Positions 59,431-64,000 of a stretch of 64,000 bases of DNA are shown in pieces. The stretch is taken from positions 49,600,001 to 49,664,000 of the forward strand of contig NC_134473.1 in assembly GCF_964194025.1 (NCBI RefSeq), given 5' to 3'. The notes under the pieces were generated by a model. It did not search any database and was not told the origin of the DNA. It saw only the letters and a list, made by a program, of their open reading frames with translations. A program made the translations under genes and the position numbers. This stretch comes from Convolutriloba macropyga. Its lineage: Eukaryota. Each line of letters begins with the position of its first letter. The first letter of the stretch is position 1.

Positions 59431-62147
59431 TTGTTCCGACCTTCTTGAGGGGGGAGGAACTATAAACTCAAATGGTTTTTTTGTTCAGTCAATTTTAGCC
59501 GATCGATATATTCACCGTAGAGAGTTGGTATCATTGGAAAGCTTGTCCAGCGAAGAATATGGAATTAAAAAGATTTTTTTTATTTTCGTTTTTTACAGGG
59601 AGTTATCGAGGTTTAAACTTTTGAGAAAATAGAGTGAATTCCGTTGATTTTATTCACATTTTCCGGAATTTTCGCCAATTTTCGACTACAATTTCGCCAA
59701 TTTTGCTCAAATTTAATAAAGTTTTTTTTTAAAAATGTTTATTGATTTTATTGCTTAAAAAAATTCTGGGCTCTTTCTATTTTTTTTGTCAAAAATTCTG
59801 GCTAAATGTTTCAAAATTCAGAGTTCTTCATCAAAAACAGCACGAAATAAGTTTCTTTAGTCCACTTGATTAAATTTGCAGGAAGTACACACCCAAACGC
59901 CACCAACACATTCTTTGTAGAATCAAAAGGGGGCCATTTCTACTTCAACTTCGGTTGGGAGTGCTCCGTAAATAAAACTTTGTCGTATTTTGCTAACTTT
60001 ACCCGTTGATTATCAAAAACACGGCATTTATTTTTGATTTTTTAACTAACAAAATATCTATATCTTTAAAACTCGAAAAATTAAATGTTCTCAATTGACG
60101 AACAACATTAGCAGGGCTAATTTTGGACCAATCGTGGACTGTTACAATCCAAAAATAATTCGGATTGTAATCAGTCGGTCTTTCTATTAAAAAAAAATTC
60201 GATCTTTTTTATATTATTTAAATAAAAGAAAATTTCAAATCAAAACTCACTATTGCTAAGTCCATTTGACTTCCTAATTAGCCCCAAATTAGTTTGTCTA
60301 GTTTATTACTTGACAGCTTATGGTCGTTTTGACTTTAAAAAAAATTTGGTTTTTAAATAAATAAAGGCTTATTGAACTTAGCCTCCATTTTTCACTTAAT
60401 TTGGTCAACTTGAAGATTAGTGTCAGCAATGAAAGAATGCTTCCTCTTTCTATTGAATTTAAATTCAATCGTTATTGCGGTGTTACGCCTTAAGTTATGG
60501 TTTTCTTGCTTTGATACTACTAGATTTAAAATTTTTTTTATTTTCAGTATTTGCCCATTTTTCACGTTTTCCAAATTTTTCACATTATCACGCTATTGAC
60601 AGTTCTTATATCACATTATTGGCGTTCAAAAAAACCACAATTGATAATATTATGATTCTTCAAGATGTAGATTATGGTTTTAACGGCTTCGACACTACTT
60701 TCTTGAAGAATTTCAAAGAATTTTTTATCCTTTTACTTTGTCTTTTAGTCGTACAATAACACGGTTTCGGTTATTTTCCTGTACATTATCACGGTTTCAT
60801 TAGTATTCATGGAAAAATAGATGAGCAGATACTTGGATATTAGTAGATATCTGATGGCTTTCATGACTCTGAAAACAATTGTTTACCAAAAAAAAACACG
60901 TTTTAACTTCAATTTTGTTCATCTTTTTTTCTGTTTGTTAACTATTCTCGTTATATACAGGCCGAATATGACATTTTTGTTCTCAAGGGATGGTGTCAAA
61001 AGGGATTGATATCACAAAATCTAAAAAATTTTAAAAATTCGTTATGACTTTACTGGCTTCGAGACGGGTTTTCCACAAAAAAAAAGTAAATTAATATTTG
61101 ATCTATTTTTTTTGACGTTCTTTTTGTAGACATAAGACATATTCTAGATAATTGCAGGTCTCAAAAATTTCATTTGAAAGAATAAACGAACCTACTTAAT
61201 TGTTTCATTTTGTAATTAGTGGCTTTGATCTTTTTGGAAACAATTTTTTTTTCGAAAATCTAGTACTACTTAATTTTCCTTTTTTCTTTTTGTCCACCTG
61301 TTAACTAGTTTCATTAATTAGAGGTCACATAATAATTCATCAGTGTTTGCCGAAGGTGCAAACAAACATATTTTAAGGGCCAAAGTATGGCTTTACGGCT
61401 TCGAAAGCGTTTTCTGGCAAGTTTTAATTGATTTTTTTTGTTCTCTATTTGTTGTTATTTTGTAACCGCATTAAAAATTGAATACCAACAGTTCTTAATT
61501 CCCGTATGTAGAAGCATTGAAAATTTTAAACCTATGGAACCTTTTACTTGATTTCCAATTGTTTTCATTACTTTGAAATTAATTGTTTTTTTTTTCTAAA
61601 ATTAGCGAAGTTTTCAACTTGTTTTCAACTTTTTTAACAGCTTTTGTTCTTTATTGTCTAATTGTTACCAAGCATTATTATTGACAGGTCCCATATCTTT
61701 TACGAGTTATTTTGTTTAGTTTCAGTTTCATGTGACACTGTTTTGACTTTGATATTAAGTTTTGTTTTTAAAACGGACANNNNNNNNNNNNNNNNNNNNN
61801 NNNNNNNNNNNNNNNNNNNNNNNNNNNNNNNNNNNNNNNNNNNNNNNNNNNNNNNNNNNNNNNNNNNNNNNNNNNNNNNNNNNNNNNNNNNNNNNNNNNN
61901 NNNNNNNCTGTTCGTCTTGACCCGCTTTCTTAATATTGGCATATCTCATCAATCTAATGCATCATTTGTTTTACTCCACCGAGTTATTTGCTTTGGAGGC
62001 TATCTTTTCGTTCATATACAAATCTTTTTTGAAAATTAATTGATTTTTTTTCTATCTGTTCCTCATTCGGTAGAGAATTATGCCAGAATTGTGGATGAGC
62101 GGGGTCGGAACCTTATGTGCGATCGCACATTACCGAGCCTCCTTGTT
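59431..62147 (-). mobile_element. Helentron-like family 1, copy E (contains assembly gap)
   Basis: TTGTTCCGACC...GGGGGAGGAACTATA at 59431; GGGGTCGGAACCTTATGTGCGATCGCACATTACCGAGCCTCCTTGTT ending at 62147. Confidence 0.72.
61780..61907. other. Assembly gap (N run)
   Basis: 128 N. Confidence 0.99.
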
Positions 62148-62709
62148 GACCATTAATGCCCATCCTATAAAATCTTACTAGAATTTTTACAAAATGCGCA
62201 AAACTGTGTGATTGAAGCTAATAGAAGACCCGTGGTAAGTGTTTAAGAGCAATAAAGCCAAGCTCATGAGTTTGGCATCGAAAAGGATAGACAGAAGGTA
62301 AAATTGTAATTCAATTCAAATCATTTGGTTCCACTGAGCGACATAAATAGCTTACAAGATTATTTTATACTCTACTGCTTTTCTTCGGTCCCCGTATTAG
62401 TTGGAATAGTAACATAATAACTCACAGCTAATGATTTACAAGCTTCTTTTCTTTAAAAAAGTGCATAAATTGAACTTCTGCTTCCTCAAATTTGCTTCTT
62501 TTTATTTACAACTCCAAACTATTACCTCATTTCCTTATTCAGTTGTTTATAAATTTTGAACTACTTTTTCACAATTATAATTAAACAAACCCTTTTTGGG
62601 ATGAATTTAGTATTTTTCGACGTATCAAAAACACAATGAGCTTTAAAAACCTTGTTTTCCATCAATAAAGTTGATGTTTTGCCTGAAATTGAAACAAAAA
62701 TTGGTGTAT

Positions 62710-63369
62710 TTTATCATTAATTGTATCATTATTGTATCATTAATCAAAAAAATGGTAATCTTCTGTGTCACCACAAAAATCATTACAGACTAGCGCCCAA
62801 CCAAATTTGGACGGAGAATTCAGTCCATTTCACCCATTGTATTCCAAAAACTGTATCTGAGAACAGGCAAAAATTGGGTCTAAATTCTAAAATAGGGTTA
62901 CGAAGATTTTTTTTGCAAATTGATTCAATTCGGTAATAAAATTTGTCCCCCAGGTTCCACATTTTACGACTACGATATTCAACAGCTAGCGGTATTCAAT
63001 TTACACACGCTACGTCCCTCAGATTCATTATTGATTGTATCATTATTGTATCTTTATCATTAATTGTATCATTATTGTATCATTAATCAAAAAAATGGTA
63101 ATCTTCTGTGTCACCACAAAAATCATTACAGACTAGCGCCCAACCAAATTTGGACGGAGAATTCAGTCCATTTCACCCATTGTATTCCAAAAACTGTATC
63201 TGAGAACAGGCAAAAATTGGGTCTAAATTCTAAAATAGGGTTACGAAGATTTTTTTTGCAAATTGATTCAATTCGGTAATAAAATTTGTCCCCCAGGTTC
63301 CACATTTTACGACTACGATATTCAACAGCTAGCGGTATTCAATTTACACACGCTACGTCCCTCAGATTC
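62710..63369. repeat. Direct tandem duplication, 317 bp x2 with 26-bp filler
   Basis: 62710-63026 matches 63053-63369 (identical ORF translations 343 bp apart). Confidence 0.92.
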
Positions 63370-64000
63370 CACGAAAAGCAAGAAATCAAAGTTAATTTAA
63401 GTAGATACTGATCCGACTTCAAAGACGCTTTGAAAAACAAAGTGAGCCGAGAGTGCCGGAATGTTCAATCTACGTAGTGCATAGATATACAAGCTACATT
63501 ACAAAATAAATTATCTTACGTCATACTCTCAATTATATAATATATCTGAAGAGTTTAAATCTTAAATACCTTTAACAACAAGCTTCTATATTGAAAGAAA
63601 GTTTTTACATTAATTATAACCATTTAAAAATTTCAATCACAAACTTTAGGTTAAGCTGACACAAAAATTTAACAATTTGTCAGGGCCAATTCAAAGAGAC
63701 AATTTTTACAGCAAAAAAATCAGTGTATGATAATGTACCTGGGCGTTAATTTGGTGAAAATTGAACATTTGCCTTATTTTTTTTAAAAAAAAATCCCTCT
63801 GAATCAAAAGTTCTAACTAATAAATAATTTCTAAAATACATCTCGGAGAAAAAAAGGATCAAAAATTGTTAATTTCTGACAAAATACTCTGTTTTAAAAC
63901 TGATCAGTAATTACTTCATATTTTTTGAGGATTACTAATTTGCGGTCTCTTGCTACTTCTTATCCAAACTCTAACATTTACTTAAATAAATTCACCAATT

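Noticed and set aside
62721-63279. Two identical 71-aa ORFs as duplicated small genes
   Set aside because: They start at TTG, have no homology cues, and are a by-product of the 343-bp-period duplication
59184-64000. Upstream CH-domain exon
   Set aside because: No phase-1 exon with CH-like sequence found; it presumably lies beyond the window

Overview
AT-rich animal (invertebrate-type) genomic DNA, not prokaryotic. Most of the window (2931-59183) is occupied by one large minus-strand gene, a jitterbug/FLN-2-type filamin. I traced 13 phase-compatible GT-AG exons (2418 nt, ~806 aa). They encode the end of one CH domain, a further complete CH domain, a ~200-aa S/P/N-rich linker and 5+ filamin Ig repeats; both gene ends lie outside the window. 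A candidate alternative terminal exon (53683-53820) would give an Ig-less, CH-only short isoform. The introns are full of transposable elements: a full-length but decayed BEL/Pao LTR retrotransposon (30139-39677, 5-bp TSD), a 787-bp solo LTR, a truncated LTR+tRNA-Trp PBS fragment, a decayed Tc1 element nested in a Helentron-like element, two families of non-autonomous Helentron/DINE-1-like elements, several CCC(AG)-terminated MITEs with 2-bp TSDs, and a probable Gypsy gag relic. There are also tandem repeats and an assembly gap. I found no RNA genes or CRISPR arrays, and no clearly new multi-gene system. The most promising novelties are the filamin isoform architecture and the TE families. All coordinates were read by hand and may be off by a few bases.
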